Numbered from the stretch's first letter, positions 12,455 through 27,300 are shown. The stretch is 64,000 nucleotides of DNA from Botryllus schlosseri (GCA_051294905.1 CM119372.1:15192001-15256000); one strand, 5' to 3'. Made by a program: numbers and translations. Notes: generated by a model from the letters alone, not told the origin.

Positions 12455-15400
12455 CAGTGCTTTTCAACCTGTGTGACGGTTCGCACTTGTGCGAATGAAA
12501 AAAAAAAAATTGCAGTGCGAATGACGAAGGTGGTGCGAGTGAAAATCCGGATCAAGTGCGAATGAAAAACGTGATAAATTGTTCATTTTTCTTATGTAGA
12601 ATTATTCAAATAAACCTAATAGGAAAGTTGAGGTCAGTGTAACATTAGTAGTTGCGAGTTGCGACGCAATTGTAAAAACTTAATACGACTCACCACTAAT
12701 CGCAGCTCTCACAAGCGGTGGTGAATTAATATATTCGCACTATAATTATTATGCAACCAAAAGTCTGGTTTGGAAGCTGGTGCAGTTGCAGACATCAGTA
12801 TATCAGCCCGTCTGAGTCTGCGACAGGTTGGACAAATGACGTCTAAATGATTTTCTGCTTTCTTTTGCTAAGTAATCATCATATTTTCGTAATAACTGTC
12901 CGATTAGCGAGAGGCACTACGATAGTAGTAAATACCATAATTACAGACTCACATTTGTAAGTTACTGTAACGCAAATTTATACCCCTTCAAGGGTTATTA
13001 AATTATGGACTGCAAAGGGTTGTTTGTTTGGGTCGACAGTCGACACGGTGCCAGCAGAGCTATCTGTTAATATGTATGTAATATTTGTTGAATTTATTGC
13101 AAAAAATCCTGCAATAATTTTTACATATCCAAGGTCACTGTGTTGGGTACTGTAGCCAATAAGCGAGACACACAGAAAATATGGCGTTATCATGAGAACT
13201 CATGATCATATATTACCGACTGTTTTTTTGAAAAACATGGTCGAAGACCGTTGGGATGGACTAGTGTAGGGGTTTGCAACGAGCGAGTTCAGGACTCATT
13301 CATTTTGAAGCCCTTCTGCGAGCGAGTTCAGGACTCATTCGCCCTTCTGCGTCGGGGCACATGAAGACGTAAAGTTTTGGCCAACAAACCGCTTATAAGT
13401 TGCGGTGCCAAAAACGGAAGCGGCGACAAAACCGAGGTCTAAAAATGACCGATGTTGGATGGCCAAACCTTTCGAGATGGATTGGATATGCTCTGTTGTC
13501 GGCACGGAGCAGTCCCATTCTTGTGATCTGAGTAGACAGTAGTACAACTGCGACATGCAGATAAATTTAATTCGCCCTAATGTTAAATCACATGCGTCAG
13601 ACATGTTTTGTAGAGCTGTGTTGGGTAGAATTGTGGTGAGCGCGTTCTGCATGTCATACATGCCCGTAAAATCGTAGCATACAACTGTGATATTAAAACT
13701 GAATTCCTTTTCATCGGAGAGGTTCGGATCACGAGATGCCACAAAAACTCAGATTTTTGTGGTAGTCGAAAAGCTGCTTTACCGTTATTAAACTGTTATG
13801 AATTCTCAAGTTAGATTGAGCTAAAGAGTAGAACACACAGTATCGTGAGTTTATTTGCTCTTCTCATACACTCGCGAGACAGTAGTGAGAGCAACGTATC
13901 ATAAGGCAGCGAGCTCTAATGTGCCTTGCCTAATCTCCTTGATCGTTTTGCACCTTATATTCCAATACATAAGGCAAAAGCCTCAACACAAACATCCGGG
14001 GTTTCACCCTTCCGACAAATTGGAGCCTCCGGGTCATTTGTGTCAGCTCTCAAAAACGATTTCTGCCAGCAAGCATTTTCATTCGCGAAAAATACGCTCT
14101 ATTTTGGATAGGAGTCCGGAACAGATTTTAAGACCTGGCCAGTGGCCATCCAAGCACTAGTAGACGTTCTTGTACAAAACCGAACAACATTGTTTATCCG
14201 AGAAGGGTTTTAGTGAAATAGTTGAAAGCAAAACGAGCGAAAAAAGTTTTCTTTTTAATGAGACACTTGATAGCTTAAGCTACATAGTAGCCAACAGAGG
14301 TGGTCAAAGTAGTCAAGAAAGCTACTCAAGTAGAAGTAGAAGTAGCGACGAAAAAAATCTACTCAAGTACGAGTAGAAGTACTTCTTCCGTAAGCCATCT
14401 AAAACTACTTGAAGTAGAAGTAGAATTGACTGACTTTAAATCTACTCAAGTAAGTAAGTAGTTTTGAAAACAGTCTTAATTCGTTCACATGGACTGTCAA
14501 AAGCTAAGAATTGAGCTATGCGGAAGGTGCAGAGAGCTTGATTCGTATTGATGCATCCCAGGAGGTATCAATTTTCGACAGAATAAGCATTCTTTCGCAT
14601 CATGGGATGCTAATTATAGTATTGATATGAAAATGCGATACTAACTCTTTGTTTACTAGAAGATCCCGTTTTAGAGAATATCATGGCATAGCGCCCTACC
14701 CCATATTATAAGGCCCCAAGTTAAGGCGAAGAGCAAAACGAAGAAGTTGTATCGGATACGGTTTCAACACTTTGCGCGATTAGTATACGTTAATAGAAAA
14801 TATTTTGGATCGTAAAATTTATATTTAGTGTAGCTTTATTTTCGGAAAATAGAGGCATTACTACACTTGCCTTTATGCTTCAACATGTATGTTCTGCAGA
14901 CAAAAGAATTGAAATTAATTAGAACTCAAAGTATGATATTCCGAGAATCATACTCGGAATTGAAAGTAAAATACAAATACCACCTCTAAAAAGCGGAAAA
15001 TATATTTCATGTCATAAAGCTTCAAAGGTGATCTGCTAAAACAGGTGTAACGTTCAAAAAAGCCGAACTTTATGATTAGCAGGACACGTCATGGGCTGCT
15101 AGATAACGATAGCATAAGTAATTGCTAGATTGCGAAACAGTAATTTCAAACGTTATGGTGGGCCATATTTATTGTGATGAAATATTTGACATGGGCGACA
15201 ATGCGGTGTGAGCGGAACCATAATCAATCCGGTACCTAAATTATATTCACTGATACTTTCGTGAAAACATATATATAACTTCAGAACTCTACTGTGTGCG
15301 AAGCGCAATAAAATTTCTTGGCTTTACTTGACTTTTATGAATATTAAATGTTGGTACTCCGTGAAAACAGCTCCGAAATTCCTCAGGCTATCTCACGTAT

Positions 15401-15718
15401 TAGGGGATTAAACTACTTCTACTTGAAAAACTGAAAATAGCGAAAAGTAAGTAATTAGATCACAACATATTACGAAGTAGAAGTAGAAGTAGAGAAAATC
15501 AGATCTACTTAAGTAAGTACCAGAAGCAGAGGAAAACTACTTGAGTACTTCTAAAAAGTAGAAGTACTTCGTTACTGACCACCTCTGGTAGCCAATTTGT
15601 TGCACATCTGAACAAAATGTTGTTAAGTATCTTCATCTTTTTTCGATTAGTTTGTGCGAATGAAATTGATTTTACAAAAAAAAGTGCGAATGGAGCTCAC
15701 AAAGGTTGAAAAGCACTG
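12455..15718. mobile_element. hAT non-autonomous element, CAGTGCTTTTCAACC family (copy A), interrupted by 14295-15587
   Basis: 15-bp TIRs; TSD CATTTGAC (12447-12454, 15719-15726); GTGCGAATGA subterminal repeats; inverted homologue of 18831-21087. Confidence 0.9.
14295..15587. mobile_element. hAT-type non-autonomous element CAGAGGTGGTCA family (AAGTAG repeats), copy 1
   Basis: TIRs CAGAGGTGGTCA / TGACCACCTCTG; TSD GTAGCCAA (14287-14294, 15588-15595). Confidence 0.92.
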
Positions 15719-16323
15719 CATTTGACCAAAGGCAACTTTACGGCCATTTTCTACCGGCTTGCCGAGAGCAAAATTCGGTAAAACGGGTATCAATGGAAAG
15801 CTGCAGCTGTACTTATTACGAAAATATAAATTTTATTCTGTTCATGGTCCTGGAAACCCCAAAATCAGGCTTGAAATTTGCATTGTGATCGAGTTTTGGT
15901 ATTTTGAAGCAACAATTGTGTCTGGCAAAACGAGAGTGAAGCTGAGAAGAGAGAGCCAGATAGTACTATTGCGTCACAATCCCAAACTCGATCACAATGC
16001 AAATTTGGAGGCTGATTTTGGGGGGTTCCAGGACCATGAGCAGAAATCGAACGGAACGAAAATATAAATTTATGCCGCTCATGGTCCTCGAACACCCACA
16101 ATGAGCCCCAAATTATTCATTGTTATGGAGGTTGGAATTCTGACGCAGCAATGCGGTCTGGCGAAACGATAGAGTAGGTTAAGAGCAAATATGTGGCTGC
16201 GCGGCGAGAGTGAGACGAGAGTGCTCCGCTGGCGTCGCGACAATGGGCATTGGTAATGAGCTTGTGTTTTTAAGTGCAATCGCGTCGCAGAGAAACATTG
16301 CGCTGTAGATACTTTTTCTAGGC

Positions 16324-16745
16324 TAGAAGCGAGCCCACATTACCAGCCTTTCCTTGACTTGTGAGGGTAGAACTGGGTCCACAGAATGTATTAGGGCCCT
16401 ACGAATTTTCGCGCATTATCCTTCAACTTATAGAGATATTTCTGTCTAAGTAGCTGTCTGCATTGGACATGTTAGATTATTAAAATATCGATTGGCTTAG
16501 CCCGCTTGTGGTGGTAGGGCTCCAGAGACACGTCGTGCTGTTGATACTTTCGATATGCGCTTCGGTAGAAGCGAGCACACACTAGCCTTTCCTTGACTTG
16601 TAAGGGTAGAGCTGGGTCCACAGAATGTATTAGGTCCCTACGAATTTCCACGCATTATCCTTCAACTTATAGAGATCTTTCCGCTTACGTAGCTGTCTAC
16701 GAGTCTACCTTGGATATGTCAGATTATTATTATATCGATTGGCTT
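16324..16745. repeat. Direct repeat, about 170-bp shared unit with about 243-bp period
   Basis: TAGAAGCGAGC..CCTTTCCTTGACTTGT..CTGGGTCCACAGAATGTATTAGG..GCATTATCCTTCAACTTATAGAGAT..TATCGATTGGCTT occurs at about 16324 and 16566. Confidence 0.8.
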
Positions 16746-16759
16746 GTAATGGCCCCCCA

Positions 16760-17900
16760 GTCCCCCTCAGGCTGTACGCTATTTACCGCTACTTATCATC
16801 TACATTGCCTGTCCATTTAGTCGGTCAGCTTTTCCTCGCCTAAATGCGCGAAGCGCGAGAAATTTCTATACTTCATGACTGAATCAGTCACTATGATCGG
16901 AAATTGCATATAGATTGCTATCAATTTTTATCCTCTCTGCTCACCTAATCTGATTTACCGGTAGAGCTGAGTGAGGTGTGTTTGAAAAGGTAGGACTCCT
17001 CAATAATAATTATACATCTCCGGGTGTATACCCGTTAGCAGAAACGAAACAGCATTTCGTCAAGCACCCCCCCCAAAAAAAAACTTGAGTCTTGGTCTCC
17101 CGTAGGGTGATAATACGTCCCACATCACATTGTGCGCTTTTGCCACGAAATTATAGTTGTATTGATTAGTCAGCCAGCGCGAAAATTTTCGATAATTCAT
17201 GATGAAATCGGTCAATAAGATCGGGAATTTTTGTCCTCTCTACTCACGTAATCAGATTTACCAGTAGAGCTGGGTGAGGTGTCTTTGAAACTGTAGAGCC
17301 CGGGCGGGCGGACCCGTGGGTATGACTTCGCTACATGATGTTATTACGTTACCTCCTGTCTGCTTAGAATCGCCCAAACGGATATAGTAAACTAAAATAT
17401 CACACGATTTCAAATCTTCACTGGCATATAATTTCTCCTGCGGAATGGTATTTGTCTTGTGAGGTTCAGATTGCCAAGACAGGAACATTGGGCACCAGTC
17501 ATTTAGGCGCCTATGGACAGTTAAACCTATGTGTATTTTGAATATATAACGCAGTTTTCAGTCAACATAACGACAGTCCTTTTCGGTCAAGGTTTTCCCG
17601 CTGCCGATCGTTCTGGCACACTTCGTGGAGTCGCATGTTACACGGCCTAAAATTTTATATGTCTTGGTGCGTCGTGGCGCGGTAATGGCCATCGCCGATA
17701 TGTCCATTTCTATAATTCTTGCGTGTATTTTCTTAGGTGAAGAGTACCCAATAATGAAGATATTTGGCAACATGAAATCGCGGGTAGCGCGAAAATGTTT
17801 TGAAAAGGTTGCATAAATTTTCAAAAAATACTCTATAATTTATGCTAATTCACGAAATAATTTTGGGCCCTCTTCGAGCTCGCCCCCCCCAGCGGTATCA
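16760..17900. repeat. Dispersed repeat family (CGCGCGAAGCGCG / GAGGTGTGTTTGAAAAGGTAGGA motifs)
   Basis: Reverse-complement similarity to about 15-540; same-strand similarity to about 50960-51690 and, weakly, 37600-37830. Boundaries approximate. Confidence 0.7.
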
Positions 17901-18830
17901 TTGATACAGCGGTATCATTGCCGAGACATCAGCTGAAAAAGGCTAGATGCGTACTCGTTTTGTGCTGAATTTCTTTTCACACTGTCAACGCCATGCCAAT
18001 AGTGATCCAGGGTTGAAATGCAAAGAGACGTTATAATGAAAAATTGTAATACACCAAAATATAGTACAGTGCAGAACCTACCAAGGTTTGTTTATGAACG
18101 CGAATCTCCAAATTTCAGAGGTTAACGCACATAACGCGAACGTTAACCTCGCGTCCACACCATCCCCAATACGCACTTGTGAGGAGAAAAAAAATTGCAG
18201 TGCGGATAAAAATCCGGATGGGTGTGGCGGAAAATCGTAAATACTTGTTACTTTTTGAAGTGGAATAATTCAAATAAACCTAATAGAAAATTCATGTACA
18301 ATCGCTTCCTAATTTTTGTTATTGCGACGCAATTATTAAAACTTGTTTGACTTAAGACGCACCACTAACCGTCGATTTTACAATAACTTCGTCTCGCACC
18401 TGCCACAGTGAATTAATATTTGCGCGCTATTATTATTGCAGATCTTCTTGGAGGTACAGAACTTCAGTATACAATTGAATAGTATATTCATATTGAAATG
18501 AACCCGAATATTTTCGGCTGACACTCGACAGGGGTAATCGTCAGCAACTAGTAGAGAATAAGAAAGAACATTGTATATCAACAATCGTATCGCAAAATAT
18601 GACGTCACCAGCATGAAACTTCGGATGAGAGAGCGTTCAGGGGTATTGCGTAATCAGAAGTTTGACTCGAAAGCGGGTATAGTTGCGGGCATAAAGTACG
18701 AAGTTAGTAGTGAATTGCATGTTACTGTAACGCAACTTTCTCCCCCTTGAAGGGTTCTGAACGTCGAAAAAGGGTATAGTTTTGGGTTCCCGTGGCACCA
18801 GATCGATATGTCAATCTGTATACAATAGTT

Positions 18831-21087
18831 CAGTGCTTTTCAACCTTTTTGAGCTCCATTCGCACTTTTTTGTAAAATAAATTTCATTCGCACAAACTAA
18901 TCGAAAATTGTCATACAAAAAGAAGATGAAGATTGGCCTACTTAACAATATTTTGTTCAGATGTGCAATAAATTGGCTGCTATGTAGCTTAAGCTATCTA
19001 GTGTCTCATTAAAAAGGCAACTTTTTTCGCTCGTTTTGCTTTCAATTATTTCCAAAAACCCTTCTCGGCCAAACAATCTTGTTGGGAATTTGTACAAGAA
19101 CGTCTACTATATTGCTTGGATTGTCAGGTCTTAAAATTTGTTCTGCACTCCTATCCAAAATACAGCGTATTTTACGCGAGAGAAAAATGTCCGCTGGCAG
19201 AAATTGTTTCTGAGAGCTGACGCAAAGGTCCCGCGAGGCTCCAGTTTGTCGAAAGGATGAAAAACCCACATATTTGTGTTGAGGCTTTTGACTTATAAAT
19301 GTCTTTGGAACATACGGTGCAAAACGATCAAGGAGAGTAGGCACATTAGAGCTCGCTACCTGATGATACGTTGCTCCAACTTCTGTCTAGCAATTTTATG
19401 AGAAGAGCAAATAACTAACGATACTATGTGTTCTACTCTTTAGCTCCATCTAACTTGAGAATTCATGACAGTTTAATAACGGTAAAGCAGCTTTTAGACT
19501 ACCACCAAAATCTAAGTTTTTGTGGCATCTCGCGACCCAAGCCTCACCCACGAAAATGAATTTATTTTCAATATTACAGTTGTATGCTACCGTACGATTT
19601 TACGGGCATTTATGACATACAGAAAGCGCACCCTACACCAACACTGCTCTACAAAACATGTCTGACGCCCGCGACTTCAAATTAGGGCGAATTAAATTCC
19701 TCTGCGTGTCGCATTTGTACTACTGTCTACTCAGATTGCAAGAACGAGACTATTTCGTGACGACGGGAGCATATCCTTATCGAAAGCATATCCAGCGACG
19801 GTCATTTTTGGCAAAGGTGTTGTCGCCGCTGATATTTATGGCACCGCATTTTATCAGCGGTTTGTTCGCCAAAACTTTACGTCTTCATCTGCCCCGACGC
19901 AAAAGGAATTGGCCTCGAAATGAATGAGTCTCATAGGCCTGAACTCGCTCGTTGCACACCCCTACACTAGTTCATCCCAACAGTCTTCGACATGTTTTCC
20001 AGAAAAAAAACAGTCGGACAAATCTTATCATGAATTCTCATTATAAAGCCAGATTTAATGCGCGTCTCGCTTATTGGCTACAGTACCCACCAAAGTGATC
20101 TTGGATATGTAAAAACGATTGCAGGATTTTTTGCAATAAATTCAATAAATATTTCATAAATATTAACAGATAGCTCTGGCACCGTGTCGACCCAAAATTA
20201 TCCCCTTTGCTTTCCATACTTTAATAACCCTTGAAAGGGTAAAAATTTGCGTTACAGTAACTTGCAAATGTGAGTCTGTAATGATGGTATTTACTAATAT
20301 ACTTGTGCCTCGTAGGCTTACCATATTTTGGAAATCTAAAAAGAGGACACTTATTCAGAAATTTGCAACTTGCAAAACCGGTGAAGGTCATCTTTTTCGC
20401 TCAGAGCTCAAAATACCGTTTTTCTCTCCACATTGCCAGGTGGATGACTAAAAAAAAAAGGTCATATCACTCGCAATTTGCTCTAAATCTGACCTAAATT
20501 TTCAAAAAAGAGGACAAAAGGGCGTCCTCCGAGGACACTTTCAAAAAAGTCAAAAAAGAGGACAAATCCTCTTAAAAGAGGAGGTATGGTAAGCCTATTA
20601 TTACGAAAATATGATGATTGTTTAGCGAAAGAAAGCAGAAAGTCAATTTGACGTCATTTTTTCAGCCTGTCGCAGGCTCAGAGGGGCTGATATACTATAT
20701 GTCTGCCACTATAGAGATTGTAGAGATCTATATACTGCCACTACACCAGCTTCCAAACCAGGCTTTTCGTTACGTAATAATTATAGTGCGGGAATATTAA
20801 TTCACTACGGCTTGTGAGAGCTACGATTAGTGGTGCGTCGTATTAAGTTTTTACAATTGCGTCGCAACTACAAATGTTACACTGATCTTAAATTTCCTAT
20901 TAGGTTTATTTGAATTATTCCACGTCAGAAAAGTTAACAATTAATCACGATTTTCATTCGCACCACCTTCGTCATTCGCACATGATCCGGATTTTCATTC
21001 GCATTATTCGCACCACCTTCGTCATTCGCACTGCATTTTTTTTTCATTCGCACCAGTGCGAACCGTCACACAGGTTGAAAAGCACTG
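18831..21087. mobile_element. hAT non-autonomous element, CAGTGCTTTTCAACC family (copy B, inverted relative to A), inserted into an older relative spanning about 18170-21760
   Basis: TIRs at both ends; TSD CAATAGTT (18823-18830, 21088-21095); flanks resemble the same family and end in GGTTGAAAAGCACTG at 21760. Confidence 0.9.
20313..20597. mobile_element. Small MITE with AAGAGGAC repeats nested in copy B
   Basis: TIRs TAGGCTTACCATA / TATGGTAAGCCTA; absent from copy A; no matching TSD, and host sequence is short of about a dozen bases at the site. Confidence 0.78.
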
Positions 21088-21851
21088 CAATAGTTGTTTC
21101 ATTTCATGCAAACAAATTTCGCAATTTTATTTGAATTTGTTGGATACAGCATTCAATAAGCCAGACTGTTATGTTCTTGATCTTGTTTGAACAATAACTC
21201 ATACGACGAGGTTGCAATATGAAATCAGTATATTATCAGCAGAATAACTTTAAGACAGGCGACACGATCCAGAGTGCAAAGACCCGTAGACAACAGAACA
21301 CAGAGGGTACAAGCACGACACACGAGGAAATAATGATTGGCGGTAATTACTAGTCCTATAGAAATTAGCAGTTGAAACAACACTGAACGTAAATGCACGA
21401 ACATAACAGAGACATGTAGAAATTATGACTGAATCACGAAAATGTACCGATGTGGTGCCAAAAAGATCAGCGGCGACAAAACCTTCGTAAAAAATGACCA
21501 TCACTGGTTCTCCAACGGTCGTCGAAATTGTTGACAGTCGGCACCTAATGGCGAATAATCCTGTCCTCGAAATCAGAGTAGACAGTAATACAAATGTGAC
21601 GCGAAGAAGAAAAGAATTCACCTCAACCTGTGTATGTCAGGCATGTTTCGTAGAGCTGCGTTGCGTACAATTGTTGTCTGTGCGTTCTCTATGCCATACC
21701 TGCCAGAGATTTGTTTTGCAAAAAAGTGCGGATGGTGCTGAAAAAGGTTGAAAAGCACTGTACTAGTCTACTGGAATCATCGCATGTCAAAGCCAGGATA
21801 TTTGGGTAGTGGAATACTCATCCTGAAAATTTTACTAAACATGATTGTCTG

Positions 21852-22216
21852 TAGGGTTGCATTTAAAACAAAAATCAATTTAGAACAAACATGTTCAAAA
21901 CAAGGCCCTAACTTGAAACATGTTTTTTAAATGCATGGCTTCATGCATATTTAATTGTTACGTCATAGTCGAATGACATATAGGGTAAATATAGCTCCTT
22001 TGATGAAATATCTGTACTATTGCTGTTGAACCGACTATTTTGAGGGTTCCATCGATCCCATATCGGTATACGTCGGCTATATCGGGTGGTAATTGACCGT
22101 AGGCTCATACAACAGGTTTGTAGGAAAGTATTTACAGAATTATGGCATAATTTTACAGCACAAAAAAACACAATTTTGCGTTTTTTCAAACAGCGTTTGT
22201 TTTAAATGCAACCCTA
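21852..22216. mobile_element. hAT-type MITE TAGGGTTGCATTTAAAACA
   Basis: 19-bp TIRs; TSD ATTGTCTG (21844-21851, 22217-22224); partial relative ending at about 58743. Confidence 0.9.
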
Positions 22217-22934
22217 ATTGTCTGAATATTCACCAGAGCTTCTTTTCACAGGTCACAACCAAAATGTCATTCCACCGGAGCCTCGAAAAGTAGTGCGCAA
22301 GGAATCACGTGTTCCCGGTATGAATAGATTCAATGTTCATTAGTCGTATATAGTATCTACGAAACTACACAGTCCGCAATTTTGTTACCATGGTCTAGTT
22401 CCGGGGTCTCAAACTCATATGTCCATTGTCCGCGCGGGTCAATTTCTCAGTTTTTGATGGTAGGATATTCAATGTCTTTCGAAACAGGCCATATCTGACG
22501 GGGCCTCACAGACTGACAGTCCATACACATCGTGAGAATAAAGATAATTGACTATTGCAGCAATTCATGCCTGGCACTAAAAATAACAAATTTTTAAAGA
22601 TTTGAATAAAGTTGTTGTAGTCTACTTGGTAGAGAGTAAGCATAATTTGTTTAAATGACAGGATAGGATACTAAGTAGTACATTTTTTCCTTTATGTTTT
22701 TGCCTCATTAGGCTTTCACCGGCTCATGATACACGCACACAAGCGATATGTGCATACTGCATATGCCGCTGAACAATGAAGGTGCAGATAGCACCGTAAA
22801 GTTTTTTAAGTCTTTGCCCACCCCTCCATGCTATCCAAGCGAGGAAGCAATGGTTGACAGTGTTATTAATAAGGTCTTATGTCAGCAGTATATATGCCCG
22901 GTCGTGAGCGGCTAATTTTTGCATGGTGTTCTTA

Positions 22935-23400
22935 TGGGCCCGGTGGCATGCTAACGCGAAACTCGTGTTGGTGATTCGTACTTTTAGACCCCATTATCCG
23001 GTGGCATGATAGCGTTACGGAGATAGGGATCGCTCGCATGTCCTACTTTTCAGGTATAGTCTGCGGCGGCACGCTAACGTGAAAACCGTGGGTGGCATGC
23101 TAACGTTTTTAGGTATAGGCGCGGCGGCACGCCAACGTTTCAGGTACGGTCAATTGGTAATCGTCGTCATGAATATGTATCAAGCTCAAATATAGTAAAT
23201 AGCCACGTGATGGGTCCTTACGAAATATTTTTATTCAAAATTATTATATATGACATATTCGAGTTATTCCTAACGTTTACGGTGAGTACGAGATCAATAT
23301 ATCGTTATTCTTATGGAGTCGGTCACATGCTAACGTATCTGCTATAGGCGCGGCGGCATGATAGTGTTACAGGTATAGGGATCGTTCACATGTTTCTAAC
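22935..23400. repeat. Degenerate minisatellite-like array (GGCGGCATGCTAACG / CAGGTATAGG units)
   Basis: Repeated GG(T/C)GGCA(T/C)GCTAACG and TTTCAGGTATAG motifs; reverse-complement relatives (ATACCTGAAAG) at about 40080-40244 and 41611-41735. Confidence 0.65.
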
Positions 23401-24319
23401 CTCGAGGTGTGAAATAGTTTGCTAAATCTAGGAATCCCTCGCATTGCAATATTTTGGTAATTAGTTTACCACATAGTCACGGCGAGTCGAAAACCAACAA
23501 TAACCGCGCACGCAAACTAACACTTCAAATAGGTGTGAAATAGATTGCAAATCCCGCGATCGCTCACAAGATAACACCTAAGACGTAGCCATCTCTCGTG
23601 ATTCGATGTTACAGACATACCGATCACTCACAAGGTAATATTTTGGTAATTAGTTTGTCGCGTAACTGGATTTCACGGGCGAGATATAATAAGAATAATA
23701 ACTATTAAGTAATAAGTAGCGAATAACAGAACCGTCGCAGATGGTGATTCGAAAACCAACAATTTGACACTTTCTGGCGATCGCTATGTCAGTGTTTTCA
23801 CACCTCTGGAATAGTGGTTGGCTTTTGTTGTGTGATAAGAATCATGAGAATATTCAATCAATGTGTTAATTTGTCAAATTGAAATGAAACTCACTACACT
23901 GTAAAAAATCTGGTAGATTTACTGGGAAATCTCCGTAAATTTTGCAACGAATTACCGGTAGCTGCCAATAACTGTGCGTAGCTTGTAATTTTACATTTTG
24001 ATATGTAATATTACCTCAATTTAGCTCTAAAGTCAAGTTACCAGAATTTCTTCGCAAAATTACTGACAGTTACTCGTTTCTGAAGTTTACCATGCTATTG
24101 GCAAAATTGATTAGATTGAAAATCTCTGCAGCCAATGTATACGTGGAACTGAATGTTACTGATATCATTCTCGTGGTGATTTGACCTGATTCAACCTCGT
24201 TCGCGAGACTGGGGTCTGTCATACGGAAATTGTTGGCCCTAGTACCAATTTCAGTATAGTACATAGTAGGGCAAAAGAACTGACAATCGTAGATATAGCC
24301 ACTATATTATATTATAAGG

Positions 24320-27300
24320 CAGTGGCGGCTCGTCCTATAGGGCAACTGGGGCATTGCCCCACCTAAAATTCTGTTCAATAACAATTTAACCATTTATAGA
24401 CGCACAGCGCTCAATATATATCGAGATCACAGCGAAACCCGCGTTCTTCTTGTGCTTTCGCTTGCAAATGCCCATACATAGCGAAGTCTCCGCGAAAATC
24501 GAATTCTCTTCTGTGTTTTCGCTTTGTGAATGCCTAGCCGGGGCTTGCCCGGTAGCGCTCATAACAAGCTTTCACTATCTATTCTCTCAAAGCTGCGCAC
24601 AATTAAGAAACGTTGCTTTACTCTCTCCTATTCGTAAAATGGCCGAGCAACCGGGGCAAATATGCTTGCTCGCCCCGAAGGTGTGATGTAACAATCGTAT
24701 CTATATCTGAACTCGGATACCGTGATATGCGTTGAGTCGACCGTTGCTGGTACAGGTCGATTTTGATGGTGTTTCATACCATGATAATTCTTGAAACTTG
24801 GTATGTCATGTCGTGATGGTGGTATTTAACACTGCCCTAAGTTTCAGGGTTTCTACTCAAAGTTTAGGGTAGTAATTCCGTTTCCAAAGTCGAGTGTGTG
24901 CTGATCGGTCATGTATCGCAAACATATTTCACGCAAAGCCGGTATTGGTCTCCATTGATTTTAACGATGCTCCTTAGCTAGATCCGTCATGAACTTTTAC
25001 ATGGTAAGTCTTGATTTTAGTATCGAACGCTGTGCCAAGTCTCAAGGTTGACACTCAATGATTAGGGCAGCAATTTCGTTCGAGTATGGTAGAGATGTGC
25101 GCTGATCTGACACTTAGCCTACCTAACGCATTGCGGATTTCACGCAAAAGCCGGTGTATCTGTGTTCCATACTGAGATAGGTGATGAGATGATGATATCA
25201 TGAAACAGTTTACTAACATCCTCGGTTTGCATTCAAATATTTAGTTTTATTTTATATTCTCCAATGTCAATTTCACCGTGGAATGGTGGCCTTCGGGCCA
25301 TTTGCTCACAATTACAACCCCTGTCAAGCGCGATAGCTGTTTCGTTTTCGATGGCGGCTAACAGCTGATCGCTTGATCAGCCGATTCCTCAGTAAATATT
25401 ACGCAAAATTCGGCGTTGATCTGTTCGTATTAATTTTGACAGTGTACCATACCGAAAACGGTCATGAGGCTATACTTCTCGATGATTTCATGTAACAGTG
25501 TACCAAGTTTTCGGCTTTCATCCACGTATTTATTCGGTAATATATTTTCCGAAGGCGATTTTGCAGCAGACATATAGACACTATAGACCGTAAGCCGTAT
25601 GTGTCGTGTGACAGTCTCCAGCCTCAAGGCCAGAATCTCCCAAGCTGTACCGGGACCGAATTTCCGAGGCTGCTATCCGTAGTTCTTCAGAATGATGTTT
25701 TGGATTCAATATGACATTTCCTTGTCCAATCTATGAGATAACAATTGCGTATGTGTCCGAACTCGTTGACCTTTCCAGTTAGGCATACGCAATCTCTCGA
25801 TTTATAGTCATTTCCATTTCTGCAGATAAGTAGTCAGGTCAAGTGCGAACATGAATCGTGTTGAATCTTTGCTCCGTACGCCGTTTAGCCAGCTGCCTTT
25901 AGAGCAAAAATTAGAGGTAAAGCGACTAGGTCCGTATCAGCCTAGAAATTGCCCATTGATCCAATCGTACGCCGGAGGAAAACGCACTCGTGCCTTTTCT
26001 TCAGCGCATTTCGATAAAAATAAATGGCTTACTTATGGCGAGGATAAAAACGCCTTGTTTTGCTTTTACTGTCTTTTATTCGACAGTGCCGGTACCGGAA
26101 GCAGTGGCTCTTGTTGGAACAAAATTGGTTACCGCGATCTGAAGCATTTGTCAGAGCGTCTGAAAACGCACCAAAAATCCCAAGTGCACATGGCTAGTGC
26201 AGTTAAATATAAATTGATTGGCAGAGTAAATGTAATGTCGCAGCTCAATGAAAGTTATCGCGTATCATTCTGCAAGCACTATGAGCTTGTAGATAAGAAT
26301 AGGCATGTTCTCTCTCGGGTGATTGATGCCATTAAATTTATTGGAGTTCATGAATTGCCCCTTCGAGGCCACGATGAGAAGGAATGCTCTCTCAATAGGG
26401 GGGTATTTTTGGATCTAATTAAATACACGGCTTCCATTGATAGCATTTTGCGCGAACATCTCGACACCGTGTATTGCACATTTTTGTGAGGCAATTTCGC
26501 ATATCCGGGCGAATGTACATTTCGCTGGTGACACAGCGCTTTTACGTCGTGGGATAAGTGTGCAAAACCTGCTTGTTGCGGCTTACGAATGTTGCGATAT
26601 ACTGATGTCCCAAATCCAACATCGTCTGAATAGTGACCAGTTGGTTACTTTCGCCCTGTTAAATCCGGGAAATTTCCCTGCCCACAAAATTCATTTTCCT
26701 TCTACTGCGCAGCGTGCCTCGTTATTACCCGATGATCGACATTGCTCGGTTGGAGAGCGAGTTGACTTGTTTGTATTCTAACACATCCTTTTCGGAAATC
26801 AAAACCACTAGTGAACTTTCAAAATTCCTAGTTGAAAATTCGCTTTCGATCAACTTTGCTACAGTAACTAGCTTTCTGAATATCATTTTGACCACCCCGA
26901 TTTCATCCGCGGAATCCGAGCGCAGTTTCAGCACATTGAAACGTATCAAGACCTTTCTCAGAAACAGGATGGGCCAAGATAGGCTTAATGCGTTGGCTGT
27001 TCTCTCGATTCACAACGACGTGGTTCTGGGAATTCCAGATTTCAATAAACTCGTTATTGAACATTTTGCTAATAAGAAATCACGTCGCGCACAATACTTA
27101 TACAAGACATAAATTAATGCTGGTGGGCGGACGACTGTACAGTGTACACATCATGTTCTTTCCGAATAATTTCAATCAAGTGAGCCCAGGTAACTCAACC
27201 ATGTCTATGGCTAAGGAAAAGTGAGTGGTTTTCATCCTTATTACTCGAGGCACACTGACAGTTAATTTACCGATATATTTTGTTATGGCTATGGAAAAAA

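Noticed and set aside
13335..14160. ORFs of 135 and 101 aa as genes
   Set aside because: Inside a non-autonomous element; the homologous region in copy B (19042-19927) does not keep the same frames and no domain is recognisable.
10553..21760. Pairing the lone CAGTGCTTTTCAACC end at 10553 with the end at 21760 as one large element
   Set aside because: Flanking 8-mers (TATCCTAC vs TACTAGTC) do not match.
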